A stretch of 63,123 nt of DNA, counting the filler, from Octopus bimaculoides (lineage: Eukaryota), in the NCBI RefSeq assembly GCF_001194135.2. It is 7 parts of 7 records of this genome, joined end to end, with 100 filler letters (N's around TTAATTAATTAA, not from the genome) between each part and the next. Parts side by side here need not be neighbours in the genome. Positions count along the whole stretch, not along the records: positions 31,282 to 37,535 come from NC_068989.1; positions 37,636 to 61,422 come from NC_068997.1; 5 more parts are not named here. The stretch is one strand, 5' to 3'. A program made the translations under genes and the position numbers. The notes under the pieces are model-generated. The model saw only the letters and a program-made list of their open reading frames with translations, was not told where the DNA came from and did no database searches. Below are positions 36,518 through 50,015 of this stretch, in pieces; within the stretch, counting starts at the first letter, position 1, and the number at the start of each line of letters is the position of its first letter.

Positions 36518-37535
36518 AAGGTGGACGTGAGCTGATTAGCGTTCGGGAGTGCATCAACTGTGAAAGAAAACACGTGGCAGAATATTTGGTAAACAGCAAA
36601 CAAGACCTGCTACAGTATGCTGCTAGTGCAGAAAGATTAAACAAAAATGGACTTGTGAGGGCTCATGAATTTCGATCAAGAACAGCCTACTCCGCATGGA
36701 ATTGCATGGTCAGTTCCACCGTGAAACCAACAAATTAAAAGACCAAGAAGCATCATGGAGTTGGCTTAACAAGGGTGATCTAAAAGGAATACTGAAAGCC
36801 TAATCGTCGCTGCCCAGGACCAGGCATTGAATACCAACTCATTGAAAAAGAATATATACCACACAAGTGCAACGGATCTCTGCAGATTGTATGGGAAGAG
36901 GGTTAAAAGCTTGACTCACATTGTTAGTGCTTGTGAAAGTCTGGCGCTGAAAGAGTACAAGCGTAGAATCGACAAGGTAGCCCAAAGCCTCTACTGCTTA
37001 CAATGCCGTAAGTAAATATATGAGGTTACGGGTATTTTGTACCAACATACATCGGAAAAAGTAATGGGCGAAAAGAGGAAGGCAAAAACCCTCTGGGACT
37101 TTGATTTCCAGTCAGACAAAGTGTTAGAGCACCGAAGGCTGGATATAGTAACATTTAGGAGGAACAAATAAGAGTGCCTAATAATTGACGTGGTAGTGTC
37201 AGGAGATCCACATGTTATCATGAAAGAAAGAGAAAAGATTGATAAATATGGAGATCTGAGAATTGAGATCGCTAAGATGTGGCAGGTACGAGAGTCAAGC
37301 ATAAAGGTTATCCCTGTTGTCATCGGAGTGTTGGGTTCAATACCACCCAATCTGAAAAAAACATCTGAAAACTTTAGAAATACCATGCAATCTAGGTGTA
37401 TTGCAAAAGTCGGCATTAATTGGAACTGCACACATATTGCATGAAGTACTGTCTGCCTGAGATAATTTTGTGACTTGACAGACAGTACAAACCCCTGGTA
37501 GACACAATATCTTCAATCAACACCCTCACGATATT
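36518..37535 (+). mobile_element. 5'-truncated R4/Dong-like non-LTR retrotransposon (zinc knuckle plus restriction-like endonuclease), decayed
   Basis: Frames give GGRELISVREC, LHGQFH, ESLIVAAQDQAL, CRLY..LTHIVSAC (degenerate CCHC), LWDFDFQSD..RRLDI, CLIIDVVVSGD..KEREKIDKYGDLRIEI, VIPVVIGVLG, LQKSALIGTAHIL, stop at 37460. Starts directly after a (TAA)n tract. Confidence 0.85.
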
Positions 37536-38519
37536 NNNNNNNNNNNNNNNNNNNNNNNNNNNNNNNNNNNNNNNNNNNNTTAATTAATTAANNNNNNNNN
37601 NNNNNNNNNNNNNNNNNNNNNNNNNNNNNNNNNNNGAAATTAAACGGACAAATAGAGCCTATTACCGAAAACATTTCAAATTGAATACAAAATACAAAAT
37701 TAGAGGATTAGTCTTAAAAGAATTATTATTAAGACTACCAAATGTTAATCCACAGCAACTTATTAATAACCTAAGGAGAATCATTAATTAAGAGAAGTAA
37801 GTTATGTTTAGTATTGGCATCTGTTGGTATGAAGACACAATATATAATACCTTCGTTCCTAGTACACTGGTTGGTCATTATTTAAATGCCTAAATAATGA
37901 ATATAACCCCACAAAGTTATCGGTTGAGAAATATGTTTCTCCGAAAATATGTGTAGACAGAGACAGAGACACTGACATACAAACACACGCGCAAACATGC
38001 ACTCAAACACACACGTACATATTTGTACATATGTATATATGCACATATATATGAAGATGATACATATGTGTATAATTATATACATATCTATATCTCTATA
38101 TATATATATATTAAATATACACATTTATATAGAGGCATTATTCTTGATGTTAACATACGCACACACATGCTCACACAAATACACTGGAATAAATACACAA
38201 TCAAACACAAACCAAGACACGCACCCAAACACATATATACATATATCATATGTACGTATATCACAGAGGTATGCATATATTATACATCATTTACGTATGT
38301 GTGTACATGTGTGTGTGTGCGTGTGCGTGCGTGTGTGTGTGTGTGTGTGTGTGGCGTAAGACAGTTTATTCTGATCGTGCTGAAATAAATGGAAAAGAGG
38401 TTGCTAACATTGAAAAGAAAAAGTTGGCCATTGATTTGAGCACCATCTATCATTTCTGACAGGGAGACAACTGAATGAAAGTATGCGTGTGCGTGTGTGT
38501 GTGTGTGTGTGTATGTGTG

Positions 38520-38655
<136 letters not shown>

Positions 38656-39367
38656 TTGAATATATATGCACCTATGTATATTACGTGTATATATATAAAT
38701 ATGCTTACAGAGATACACATAATTATGTATATAGTAAATGTATGTATATATACATACATACATACATACATACATAAACGCGCAGAGACATATAATGGAT
38801 ATCTATATATTCTGTACACATAGACATATGTATTATTCCGTCCGTGTATAAGTACGTATTTATGAGATGATGGGCAGGTGCGGGTTGGCTTATTTCGCAT
38901 AAATACCAAATGATATTTAAGAAATATATTCTTTGAAATTCTTCAATCGCCTAACTTCCAATTAAAACTAAATACTTACATTTTAATTCCTTTTATTTTT
39001 TTCTTCCTCTGCCAATCGGAATATTTAAAATGTCAAATCTGAGATTTTAATTGAATCTCCAGAATTATCGATGAAGCCGAAATGTAAATCGGTGAATCGA
39101 ATAGTCAGCTGAAATATTGGAATAAAACAACGAATGTAAGGAATGGATTCTATAGTATTGCCCAGTTAATGATCGCTAACGTGTCATAGAAGAATATTAT
39201 GGCTCCTGGAGGAATATTCTTGAACGCTATTTCGAATGTTATTGTTGTTCTTTGGATAAACGAAACAATCATTTGTGGAGTACGACTGGGGTATAGAATT
39301 ATGAAGGACAGTGTACATATCCTTCATGTTCTATAACACACACTCACACACACACATATATATATAT

Positions 39368-39436
39368 ATAGATCCCAAATGGTCTATGAACTACTTAGAT
39401 TATATCTAAGTTGATCATAGACCATTTGGGATCTAT
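39368..39436. repeat. 69-bp near-perfect palindrome
   Basis: 22-bp perfect outer stem, 2 mismatches, 8-bp inner stem, 3-nt loop. Confidence 0.95.
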
Positions 39437-39480
39437 TTCTAGCAGACTGGTGTTGTGATCATTGACCACCCTTATTATAT

Positions 39481-39786
39481 ATAAGCCTCGGGCCGACCTA
39501 AGCCTTGCGAGTGGATTTGGTAGACGGAGACTGAAAGAAGCCCGTCGTATATATATGTATGTGTGTGTGTATGTTTGTGTCTGTGTTTGTCCCCACCCCC
39601 CACCATCACCATCACTTGACAACCGATGTTAGTGTGTTTACGTGCCCGTAACTTAGCGATTCGGCAGAAGGGACGGATAGTATAAGTACCAAGCTCACAA
39701 AGAATAAGTCCTGGGGTCGATTTGTTCCATAAAAGACGGTGCTCCAGCATGGCCGCGGTCAAATGACTGAAACAAATAAAAGGATA
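39481..39786 (+). mobile_element. 5'-truncated SINE A
   Basis: Begins at GCCTCGGGCCGACC and ends GACTGAAACAAATAAAAGGATA. Confidence 0.9.
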
Positions 39787-40587
39787 AATAATTTTCTAGA
39801 AATGTTTATGTTATGAACGATCATAAGACAGGAGGCTAATTAATGAATTAATGAATTAATGAAGCGTATCATGGCACGCTGGCGTTATATAAGGGAGAGG
39901 CTGTGACATGGCTAACGTAAACGATTGTCCATCCCTAAGCAATTTTGAACGGATTTTTATTCATTTCCGAAATGGCTAGGAAATAACACGTATGATCTTT
40001 CAATGTAATCTACACATAACATTAACGGCATTATAAATGCTTTGGCCTATGCGACTCTGAAGACAAATATATATCCTGAAACTTTGGTAACTGTCTTGAC
40101 CTTAGAGAGAAATGTATTGAAAATTCTTAGAAAATGTATGGAACAGTTAAACACGATAAACCCAAACTGCTTTCTTCGGAGGAAACTGTTACAACATTTA
40201 TGAAAGAAATCCCATCTATTTCAACATTTTCGACGAATATTTGGTCATTTCTAAGAGCCATTTAATGAAGACACATCTGAAAGGAATCAGGCTGTTCTTT
40301 GCAGGAAGTCTCACTTGTCCTCAAGTATTTAGTTCTTCATGTATTTAGAAATATTCCTCATTTGTAAAACACACACACGCATGCGCGTGCGTACAAAATC
40401 GCACTCACACATACCTCTAAGTATATAAATTGATATCAGAACGAATATAAATGTATTCGTATAGGCATGAATGTATGTGTATATAATTTTGTGTCTGATG
40501 GTCATAATTTTAATAATCATCATTTTTGTTTTGAAAGATTATATACATATCTACATACATGTATGCACATATGTATGTACGTACAAA

Positions 40588-40633
<46 letters not shown>

Positions 40634-41710
40634 NNNNNNNNNNNNNNNNNNNNNNNNNNNNNNNNNNNNNNNNNNNNNNNNNNNNNNNNNNNNNNNNNNN
40701 NNNNNNNNNNNNNNNNNNNNNNNNNNNNNNNNNNNNNNNNNNNNNNNNNNNNNNNNNNNNNNNNNNNNNNNNNNNNNNNNNNNNNNNNNNNNNNNNNNNN
40801 NNNNNNNNNNNNNNNNNNNNNNNNNNNNNNNNNNNNNNNNNNNNNNNNNNNNNNNNNNNNNNNNNNNNNNNNNNNNNNNNNNNNNNNNNNNNNNNNNNNN
40901 NNNNNNNNNNNNNNNNNNNNNNNNNNNNNNNNNNNNNNNNNNNNNNNNNNNNNNNNNNNNNNNNNNNNNNNNNNNNNNNNNNNNNNNNNNNNNNNNNNNN
41001 NNNNNNNNNNNNNNNNNNNNNNNNNNNNNNNNNNNNNNNNNNNNNNNNNNNNNNNNNNNNNNNNNNNNNNNNNNNNNNNNNNNNNNNNNNNNNNNNNNNN
41101 NNNNNNNNNNNNNNNNNNNNNNNNNNNNNNNNNNNNNNNNNNNNNNNNNNNNNNNNNNNNNNNNNNNNNNNNNNNNNNNNNNNNNNNNNNNNNNNNNNNN
41201 NNNNNNNNNNNNNNNNNNNNNNNNNNNNNNNNNNNNNNNNNNNNNNNNNNNNNNNNNNNNNNNNNNNNNNNNNNNNNNNNNNNNNNNNNNNNNNNNNNNN
41301 NNNNNNNNNNNNNNNNNNNNNNNNNNNNNNNNNNNNNNNNNNNNNNNNNNNNNNNNNNNNNNNNNNNNNNNNNNNNNNNNNNNNNNNNNNNNNNNNNNNN
41401 NNNNNNNNNNNNNNNNNNNNNNNNNNNNNNNNNNNNNNNNNNNNNNNNNNNNNNNNNNNNNNNNNNNNNNNNNNNNNNNNNNNNNNNNNNNNNNNNNNNN
41501 NNNNNNNNNNNNNNNNNNNNNNNNNNNNNNNNNNNNNNNNNNNNNNNNNNNNNNNNNNNNNNNNNNNNNNNNNNNNNNNNNNNNNNNNNNNNNNNNNNNN
41601 NNNNNNNNNNNNNNNNNNNNNNNNNNNNNNNAGTAACAACAACTACAACAAAAATAATAACAATAATGTTTATGATGATGATGATGACGACGACGATGAT
41701 GATGATGATG

Positions 41711-41774
<64 letters not shown>

Positions 41775-42545
41775 TGATAACAATAATAATAATGATCATA
41801 ATAATAATAGTTGTTTGTCTTTACTAATGAAGTGTTCTAAATCATTGTTTCTTTTCTGTCTTTGAATAAGAACGCAAATCAGATCGGTGTGTGAGTGTGT
41901 GTGTGTATGTGTATGTGTATATATTTCTTCATTATATATATGCTTGTTTTTTATTTGTATGTGCGTGTGTTCGTATGAGTGTGTATGTGTGTATGTCCTT
42001 AAAAATGTGCCTACGTCCATTCGAATTCATGATGTGCAATGTTTTGTGTTTATCTATGTGTGCAGATGTGTCTTATTGTGCAGTGAAATATTTATGAGCA
42101 TATGCCTATACCTGCATATGTATGTATGTCTGTATGCATGTATATACATATATATAGACATACATATATATAAACGTGTGTGTGTGTGAGAGAGAGAGTG
42201 TATGTGTAATCATCTATGATTATTTTTATCAGACACTACACTTAATATAAAATATCATTTTATTCTGCATATTCGTATTATTAAAACTGTCTCCTTACCG
42301 AAAACTATGCATTTGGCTTGATTTTCTTTACTCTATTGGCAATAACATCTGCAGACATGAACCAATTCGAGATTATGTTCTCTGGACATTCTATTTTCCT
42401 TCAAATCAAATCCACTAAGTTAAAGGACACATTGGATAATGTACTCCCAGATGGTCTATGGTCAAGGCTTGACCACATTTCAACAACAGTGTGCTTACAT
42501 TTTTATGATGGCTATATTTTGTAAACACCTATCTAATACTATGTT

Positions 42546-42700
42546 AAGGCATGTGGCATTGTGCCTACAGTGTTGGATTAATGATCATCGTGGGTTCGAT
42601 TCCTGTGCCCTGGCATCGCGTTTCCCTCTTGAGTAAGGTATTTAATTTCACGGTAGCTCAGTCTACTCAGCTGTACATGAGCACCAGCGAATACCAGTGA
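42546..42700 (+). mobile_element. Old tRNA-derived SINE head plus CORE-like block
   Basis: TGGCATTGTG, GGGTTCGATTCC, CTTGAGTAAGG...CTCAGTCTACTCAGCTGTA.ATGAG. Confidence 0.6.
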
Positions 42701-43279
42701 AACCTTCCTCTTTCCTTCAAGCTGTCTTCAGATTAATGATGTTCGAATAACTGAAGTTCGGTGGTGCCAAAAGACTGTCTTTGACTGCTAACAACTACAT
42801 AGAAACCTAATGCAAATTGCGGAATCGTGGTGCTACCACGTAATCCTCTCTTCAATAATGGCTGAACATTTTTCAATCAAATGCAGACTAGATTCACAGT
42901 ATAAAACAAAACCATCAAGCGAAATTACCTGGGGAGGACAACTTCCATGAAGTGTTGAAATAATGGAGGGAACCAAAATAGCTCCAATCATTAATAAATA
43001 TGTCTGTTAAAATAAGTTGTTAGTGTCAGTTTCATCTTTGCGTCATTTAGACGACAATATATTCACCGCACTCTGTATATATATATATATATATATATGA
43101 CAAATCACTTGATCCCACTACCAATGAGTGCCTGACACTGATGGCCACCGTCCTACGAACAGTGTTCTATGCCCACTCTCTCTATCTTTTCTACTCTGCT
43201 TTACTCACTGTATTATAGTTGTGTTGTAAGTAACTTGACCTAAGTTGGCCAATCCCAAAGTATTTGGCTCAAACGAACC

Positions 43280-43698
43280 TAGAATTTAGTGGGACGTAAA
43301 ACTCTTTGTGGCATGTGTATGAGGTACTCCTGGAACTCAAAGTGATGTTTAAAAAGCCCTTCTACTCGAATGTTGCTTCGCACAAGGTCATCAAGGATAG
43401 CTATGCTCTGATTGACCAAATGCATTTCAGCAGCAATGAGAAGGCTCATCTCAATATGCTGTGACGTACCAGTTAAAGCAACTTTTTGCACTTCTTACGG
43501 GAATGGTAAAGCAGGGATCCTTCTCAAACAATTTACATCTCCCTTTTTTCATCATTCCCAGTTCTCCTACAATCACTGGTATCATAACCGCCTTGAGATG
43601 CCACACGGTTTCGATTTCAATTAGCAAATTTTTATATTTTCTGAGCTTGTCAAATTCTTTTGCCAAAATGTTATGATAAGGGAAACTGATATGAGATC
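43280..43698 (-). mobile_element. Second R4/Dong-like 3' fragment (RLE C-terminus plus 3' UTR), different subfamily
   Basis: Minus-strand HNILAKEFDKLRKYKNLLIEIETVWHLKAVMIPVIVGELG then EVQKVALTGTSQHI, parallel to the C-terminus at 37190-37460. 5' junction abuts a trinucleotide tract. Confidence 0.8.
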
Positions 43699-44039
43699 AT
43701 CATCATCAGCAGCAGCAGCATCCTCCTCCTCCTCATCATCATCATCAACAACATCATCATCGTTATTATTTGTTTTTATTAAATAATTATTACATACATA
43801 GGAGCATTATTCGTGTTGTTACACGTGACTATGTATTTGTTTTGAAACAAAATGGTCGAATAAAAGCTATTTACAATTGAAAATGAAGGTAATGCATCAA
43901 TTATAAATACACATATACACAAATAGGTACATAATGAATAAACATACTCATGCACACACACAAAGACACACACACACACACAAATAAATACATACACACA
44001 CACAACGAAACATACAAGCACACACATAAAAACAAATAC

Positions 44040-44078
<39 letters not shown>

Positions 44079-44988
44079 CATATATACATACATACATACA
44101 TATATACATACATACATACATACATACATACATACATACATACATACATGCATACATACATACATACAAACATACAGATAGAGAGATATCAGCTTAAATA
44201 AATAAAAATGCTTTAACAAAAATAGTGCAAAAATGGAATGCATTCGAAGAATATAGCCAAACATATGTTTGCTTTTGGTATTTTTTCCACTCTCTATTGA
44301 AGTTTTAGTCTGAAATATGAAAGTAATTTTAACATACTGAAAAGACATAGGCATTTCCAATCATAAATATATACACAACCAATTATACGTAAGTTGTTTT
44401 TCGGGTGTGTTTGCTTCTTTGTTTTTCAAGGGTTTGTAGTTTGCAAACAACTTGAACATAAACAAAACACAACTACATTCATGAACACACAAACGATACA
44501 TCCAATCACACCAACATAGACATATAGGTATATATATATATANNNNNNNNNNNNNNNNNNNNNNNNNNNNNNNNNNNNNNNNNNNNNNNNNNNNNNNNNN
44601 NNNNNNNNNNNNNNNNNNNNNNNNNNNNNNNNNNNNNNNNNNNNNNNNNNNNNNNNNNNNNNNNNNNNNNNNNNNNNNNNNNNNNNNNNNNNNNNNNNNN
44701 NNNNNNNNNNNNNNNNNNNNNNNNNNNNNNNNNNNNNNNNNNNNNNNNNNNNNNNNNNNNNNNNNNNNNNNNNNNNNNNNNNNNNNNNNNNNNNNNNNNN
44801 NNNNNNNNNNNNNNNNNNNNNNNNNNNNNNNNNNNNNNNNNNNNNNNNNNNNNNNNNNNNNNNNNNNNNNNNNNNNNNNNNNNNNNNNNNNNNNNNNNNN
44901 NNNNNNNNNNNNNNNNNNNNNNNNNNNNNNNNNNNNNNNNNNNNNNNNNNNNNNNNNNNNNNNNNNNNNNNNNNNNNNNNNNNNNNNN

Positions 44989-45021
<33 letters not shown>

Positions 45022-45589
45022 TATGTTTCGTATGTTTATATATTTATATTTTACTTATATCAGTATTGAAGCCTCTCTGTGATTTAAATAAACAATTAAA
45101 ATGGCTGACTTTATACGTCAGAACACCTTACGTCGATTCATGTGTATTTTCTTTGGACATACAGACTGACACACACACGCACGCACACACAGGGAGATAC
45201 CTGTACCACAACCATTCACATTCTCAATGACACCTATATATATATACGCATATAACCATGCATGTACGCGTGTGTATACCGTGTAAGTACGTATATATTA
45301 ATATTCTGTTCAGCAACAGACGTTTTTCTCCCTATGAGATCAGATACTATATATTTCCTAACATACACACACACACACACATGCACACTTACACATACCC
45401 CTATCTACGCATACATACAAATGAATGCATGGGTATATATGCGCATACATTGATGTATATGTATATTAAACTATCTCCATGTTCTTCATATACGTATGTG
45501 AGTGTGTGTGTGTGTGTATGTACGTGTGTGTGTGTGTTATTCTCTACGTTTCGCATTCTCAGTGCCGCCGTTCAACCTCCCCCTCTCTT

Positions 45590-45640
45590 CTTCTTCTTCT
45601 TCTTCTCTATTACTTCTCATTACTACTACTACTACTACTA

Positions 45641-45727
<87 letters not shown>

Positions 45728-45950
45728 TAGTGGAGAGCTGGCAGAATCGTTTGCACGCCGGGCCAAATTCTTCGTCCGACTTTTCGTTCTGATTTCGAAT
45801 TCTGCCGAGGTCGACATTACCTTTCATTCTTTCCAGGTCGATAAATTAAGTACCAGTTGAGTACTGGGGTCAATATAATTGACTAGTTCCCTCACGCCAA
45901 ATTTCAGGCCTTGTACCTTTAATAAAAAACGGTTATTATTATTATTTTTA

Positions 45951-45985
<35 letters not shown>

Positions 45986-46222
45986 TCCATTGACAATATT
46001 TCCAGTATTATTATACCAATATTGCTATTGTTGTTGCTGTGTTATTTTTTGTTGTTGTTACTATTAAAAATACTAAAACAATCGTTACTAATAAGATTAT
46101 TACTAGTATTGCTGTAATTAGTAATTTTACTAGTAATAGTAAAAGCAAAAAGCAGTAGTACTCATGGTATATTAGTAGGAAAACCAGGAGGAGTAATAGT
46201 AGTGGTAATAATAATAATGATG

Positions 46223-46293
<71 letters not shown>

Positions 46294-46519
46294 TGTAGTA
46301 ATTTGGTTTTTTATGGCCTTCTATTGCTGGTGTTGATATTATTGTTACTTTCCATATCATGTTTGGATTTTTTCTTCTTCTTCTTCTTCTTCTTCTTCTT
46401 CTTCTTCTTCTTCTTCTTCTTCTTCTTCTTCTTCCCCCTCCTCCTTCTCCTTTTCCTCCTCCTCCTACTCCTCCTCTCCTTCTCTTCCTCCTTCTCTTCC
46501 TCATCCTCATCACCATCAC

Positions 46520-46558
<39 letters not shown>

Positions 46559-46620
46559 TATTATTATCATTATTATTATTATTATCATTATTATCATTAT
46601 TATTGCTATTATGTTCATTA
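45590..46620. repeat. Compound (CTA)n, (TTA)n, (TAA)n, (TTC)n, (CAT)n microsatellite cluster
   Basis: Direct reading. Confidence 0.9.
45731..45931 (+). mobile_element. SINE F, sense copy
   Basis: GAGCTGGCAGAATCG A-box-like, TTCGAATTC B-box-like; ends GGCCTTGTACCTTTAATAAAAAACGG then (TTA)n, and starts right after (CTA)n. Confidence 0.85.
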
Positions 46621-48013
46621 TCCTTATTCCTCATGTAATGTTGTCATAACTTTCATTGAATAAACATATACATACATGATACTTACATAGACACAGACAC
46701 ACATATATGCATATATATATATATATGTATGTATATATATATATATATATATACATATATATATGTANNNNNNNNNNNNNNNNNNNNNNNNNNNNNNNNN
46801 NNNNNNNNNNNNNNNNNNNNNNNNNNNNNNNNNNNNNNNNNNNNNNNNNNNNNNNNNNNNNNNNNNNNNNNNNNNNNNNNNNNNNNNNNNNNNNNNNNNN
46901 NNNNNNNNNNNNNNNNNNNNNNNNNNNNNNNNNNNNNNNNNNNNNNNNNNNNNNNNNNNNNNNNNNNNNNNNNNNNNNNNNNNNNNNNNNNNNNNNNNNN
47001 NNNNNNNNNNNNNNNNNNNNNNNNNNNNNNNNNNNNNNNNNNNNNNNNNNNNNNNNNNNNNNNNNNTATATATATATATGAACATATATAATTACATTAC
47101 GTATAAATATCTCCATATCTTCATAATCTTATTCATATGTCTATGTGTATAGACATACATATATATTTCATGTATATCTGATATATCTACACACACACAT
47201 ACACCTATATGTGGCTGCATAAATTCTAAAAATACATACACATCCATACATACATATATGCACCCAAATACACATGTACATATATACATAAATGCGTGTG
47301 TATATATATATGTGTGTGTGTATTTGTGTTTATGTGTGTGCGCGCGCATGCATATTGAAATATATTGAAAACTAAATATATATGTATTTGTATGTATTTC
47401 TGTAACGCTCCCTCCCTCTCAATATTGTTTTCTCTCTCTCTCTCTCTCTCTCGCTCTCCCCCCCCCTATATATATATATATATACACAAATANNNNNNNN
47501 NNNNNNNNNNNNNNNNNNNNNNNNNNNNNNNNNNNNNNNNNNNNNNNNNNNNNNNNNNNNNNNNNNNNNNNNNNNNNNNNNNNNNNNNNNNNNNNNNNNN
47601 NNTATATATATATATATATATATTGTTAGGTATATATGCATATATGTACATACATACATGTATGGATATATATCAGCACAAACAAGCACAATACACGAAT
47701 ACGTATATTTGTTTTGCTTTTATATTTCAATATTCAGAAATATTCGGTAAATCAGGCTAAATTATATAGGACTGCAATCAATTGTGTTGGCACGCATACA
47801 TATAGAACCACACGAAAATACAAGCAACAAACACAAAAACGAGTGTATAAATATCAATAAGAAAAACAACAATAAATATATCAACATGAAAAATAAATAT
47901 ATTAGCATTTACAACAATATATATACCAAAATAACACAAAAGAAACATCCACAACGACAACAGCATCAATAATAATGTTAGTAATAATAATAATGATAAT
48001 AATAATAATAATG

Positions 48014-48065
<52 letters not shown>

Positions 48066-48409
48066 TAATAATAACAAAAAATGCGTTAAAATTCTATGTA
48101 TGTATATGGGAAAAGCAATAGGAAAAGGCGAAACAAACACCACTATTATCATCATCATTAACAGCGTAAACAACAATAACAATAACAACAACAACAACAA
48201 TAATAAGGACGATGTTTATGTTAAACACAATAACAAGAACACCAAGAAGAACAATAGTAAGATCAACAACCACAACAAGTAACCACAAGAACTTCGGAAT
48301 TATGTGTAGCATTAATAATTGTAGCTTTATAATAAGGGAAACAAATATAAATAGATATAAAAAACAAATAACCACGTACGCGGCGATATATGTATGCATA
48401 TGTATGTAT

Positions 48410-48440
<31 letters not shown>

Positions 48441-49634
48441 NNNNNNNNNNNNNNNNNNNNNNNNNNNNNNNNNNNNNNNNNNNNNNNNNNNNNNNNNNNN
48501 NNNNNNNNNNNNNNNNNNNNNNNNNNNNNNNNNNNNNNNNNNNNNNNNNNNNNNNNNNNNNNNNNNNNNNNNNNNNNNNNNNNNNNNNNNNNNNNNNNNN
48601 NNNNNNNNNNNNNNNNNNNNNNNNNNNNNNNNNNNNNNNNNNNNNNNNNNNNNNNNNNNNNNNNNNNNNNNNNNNNNNNNNNNNNNNNNNNNNNNNNNNN
48701 NNNNNNNNNNNNNNNNNNNNNNNNNNNNNNNNNNNNNNNNNNNNNNNNNNNNNNNNNNNNNNNNNNNNNNNNNNNNNNNNNNNNNNNNNNNNNNNNNNNN
48801 NNNNNNNNNNNNNNNNNNNNNNNNNNNNNNNNNNNNNNNNNNNNNNNNNNNNNNNNNNNNNNNNNNNNNNNNNNNNNNNNNNNNNNNNNNNNNNNNNNNN
48901 NNNNNNNNNNNNNNNNNNNNNNNNNNNNNNNNNNNNNNNNNNNNNNNNNNNNNNNNNNNNNNNNNNNNNNNNNNNNNNNNNNNNNNNNNNNNNNNNNNNN
49001 NNNNNNNNNNNNNNNNNNNNNNNNNNNNNNNNNNNNNNNNNNNNNNNNNNNNNNNNNNNNNNNNNNNNNNNNNNNNNNNNNNNNNNNNNNNNNNNNNNNN
49101 ATATATATATATATATAAACACCCACACACAGACATTCACACACAAACATACAGTTATACGCGTGAGTGCACGTGCACATCCGCCTGAGTGTATGAGGAA
49201 CTCCAAAGTAGCGAGCCTTTGGATTTCATTTAAATAAACTGTGTGTGTGTGTGGTGTAGTGTGTGTGCATTCGTTTGTATGAGTGTGTATATATACATAT
49301 ATCCTCCTATTTAGGTATGTATGCACATATATATGTGTGTGTGTGTGTTTTTTTCTGCCAGGAAGAGAATTGACGCTGACAGCAAGTATTAACAAGTGAA
49401 AACACTACTGCTGATGATGATGGTTATTATGACGATGATGAAGATGATGATGACAACATCCACAACGAGGATAATTAAGAGAACTACGATGATGATAGTG
49501 ATGATGTTGTTAAGTAAGAGATGTTGTGATATTCATGCAGCAATATACTTTACAATAATCTCTAAAATATCCCATTATTGTTGTTGTTGTTATCATCGTC
49601 ATTAGTTATTTACAGAGTATAACTGTCAGAATGT

Positions 49635-50015
49635 GGAGGCACCATGGCCCAGTGGTTAGGGCGGTGGACTCGCTGTCGTAGGATAGCGGTTTCGATTCAC
49701 AGACCGATCGTTGTGAATGTTTATTGAACGAAAACACCTAAAGCACCACGAGGCTCCGGCAGGGGATTGTGGTGAACCCTGCTGTACTCTTTCACCACAA
49801 CTTTCTCTCACGCTTTCTTCCTGTTTCTGTTGTACCTCTATTTCAAAGGGCCAGCCATGTCACACACTGTGTCACGCTGCATCTCCCTGAGAACTACGTT
49901 AAGGGTACACGTGTCTGTGGAGTGCTCAGCTACTTGTACGTTAATTTCACGAGCAAGTTGTTCCGTTGATCGGATCAACTGGAACCTTCGTCGTTGTAAC
50001 CGACGGAGTGCCACG
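49635..50015 (+). mobile_element. tRNA-derived SINE family C, full length with 16-bp TSD
   Basis: A-box-like TGGCCCAGTGG, B-box-like GGTTTCGATTC. Perfect direct repeat ATAACTGTCAGAATGT at 49619-49634 and 50016-50031. Confidence 0.95.

Noticed and set aside
38360-38460. Open frames on both strands ([25 protein letters not shown]; [13 protein letters not shown])
   Set aside because: No recognisable homology and no complete acceptor/donor pair on either strand.
49635-49715. tRNA-like A/B boxes here and in other SINE heads
   Set aside because: No cloverleaf can be folded, and each continues into a SINE body; not tRNA genes.
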